Source: Vicugna vicugna (taxonomy: Eukaryota). From it: a stretch of DNA of 64,000 bases. The DNA lies in the NCBI GenBank assembly GCA_013265495.1, contig MU058153.1, positions 1 through 64,000 of the forward strand. The letters are read 5' to 3'. Positions within the stretch are counted from its first letter, which is position 1. Each line of letters starts with the position of its first letter. Shown piece after piece: positions 63,614 through 64,000 of the stretch. The position numbers and the translations under genes are program-made. Under the pieces are notes generated by a model. It saw only the letters and a list, made by a program, of their open reading frames with translations, ran no database searches and was not told the DNA's origin.

Positions 63614-64000
63614 CATGAGTTTCCTTTCTTATTTCTTCTTCATTAATTTTTTGGTAGAATTTTGATATTGTAATTCATTGAAAGCTACTGGTGAATGAAA
63701 GACAACTCTCCCCACCCCCACCACCCCAAAAGCATGCAAAGCTGTGGGCGTGGCTTAGCAGGATGAAGGTTCTTCTTCAGGATCAGTGTTTATTCTTAGA
63801 TGTAACGTGGGTTTAACGCAGATACATTATGACATTGTAGACCTGATAGAAAATAGAAAGCTTCATCAGCTACTTAAAAATGTTTTGTATGTTTATCCAC
63901 AAACTTAAATAGAAAGAAATTGGAGTTCATGGGCTATTTTCAGCTCTTTCGACAACACTTAAAACTTGATTCCCACTAACATGCTGTATAAACAAGAAAC

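Noticed and set aside
1..64000. CRISPR array or prokaryotic operon-like system
   Set aside because: No regularly spaced repeats or dense coding; the sequence is clearly mammalian.

Overview
AT-rich mammalian non-coding DNA (gene desert or large intron). It is most likely camelid: it carries a tRNA-Ala-derived vic-1-type SINE, cetartiodactyl-type L1 3' ends and MER41-like LTRs. I found no host protein-coding exon, RNA gene or CpG island. The listed ORFs are noise or transposon fragments. The window is a layered transposon fossil record: ancient MIR/L2/MaLR/ERVL copies; a decayed ERV-L pol with a post-integrase dUTPase-like segment (51.3-54.5 kb); a ~2.7 kb Tigger2 DNA transposon; several L1s, including an L1 nested in an L1 and young 3' fragments with clean target-site duplications (TSDs); and five ERV1-type solo LTRs. 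The most informative details are insertion-mechanism signatures, including an L1 ending at an internal A-run and short L1s truncated at the 3'UTR G-tract. A few repeat-free islands may be enhancers. I see no convincing novel biological system. Repeat family names come from recalled consensus similarity, not from a database search, and boundaries of old repeats are approximate.
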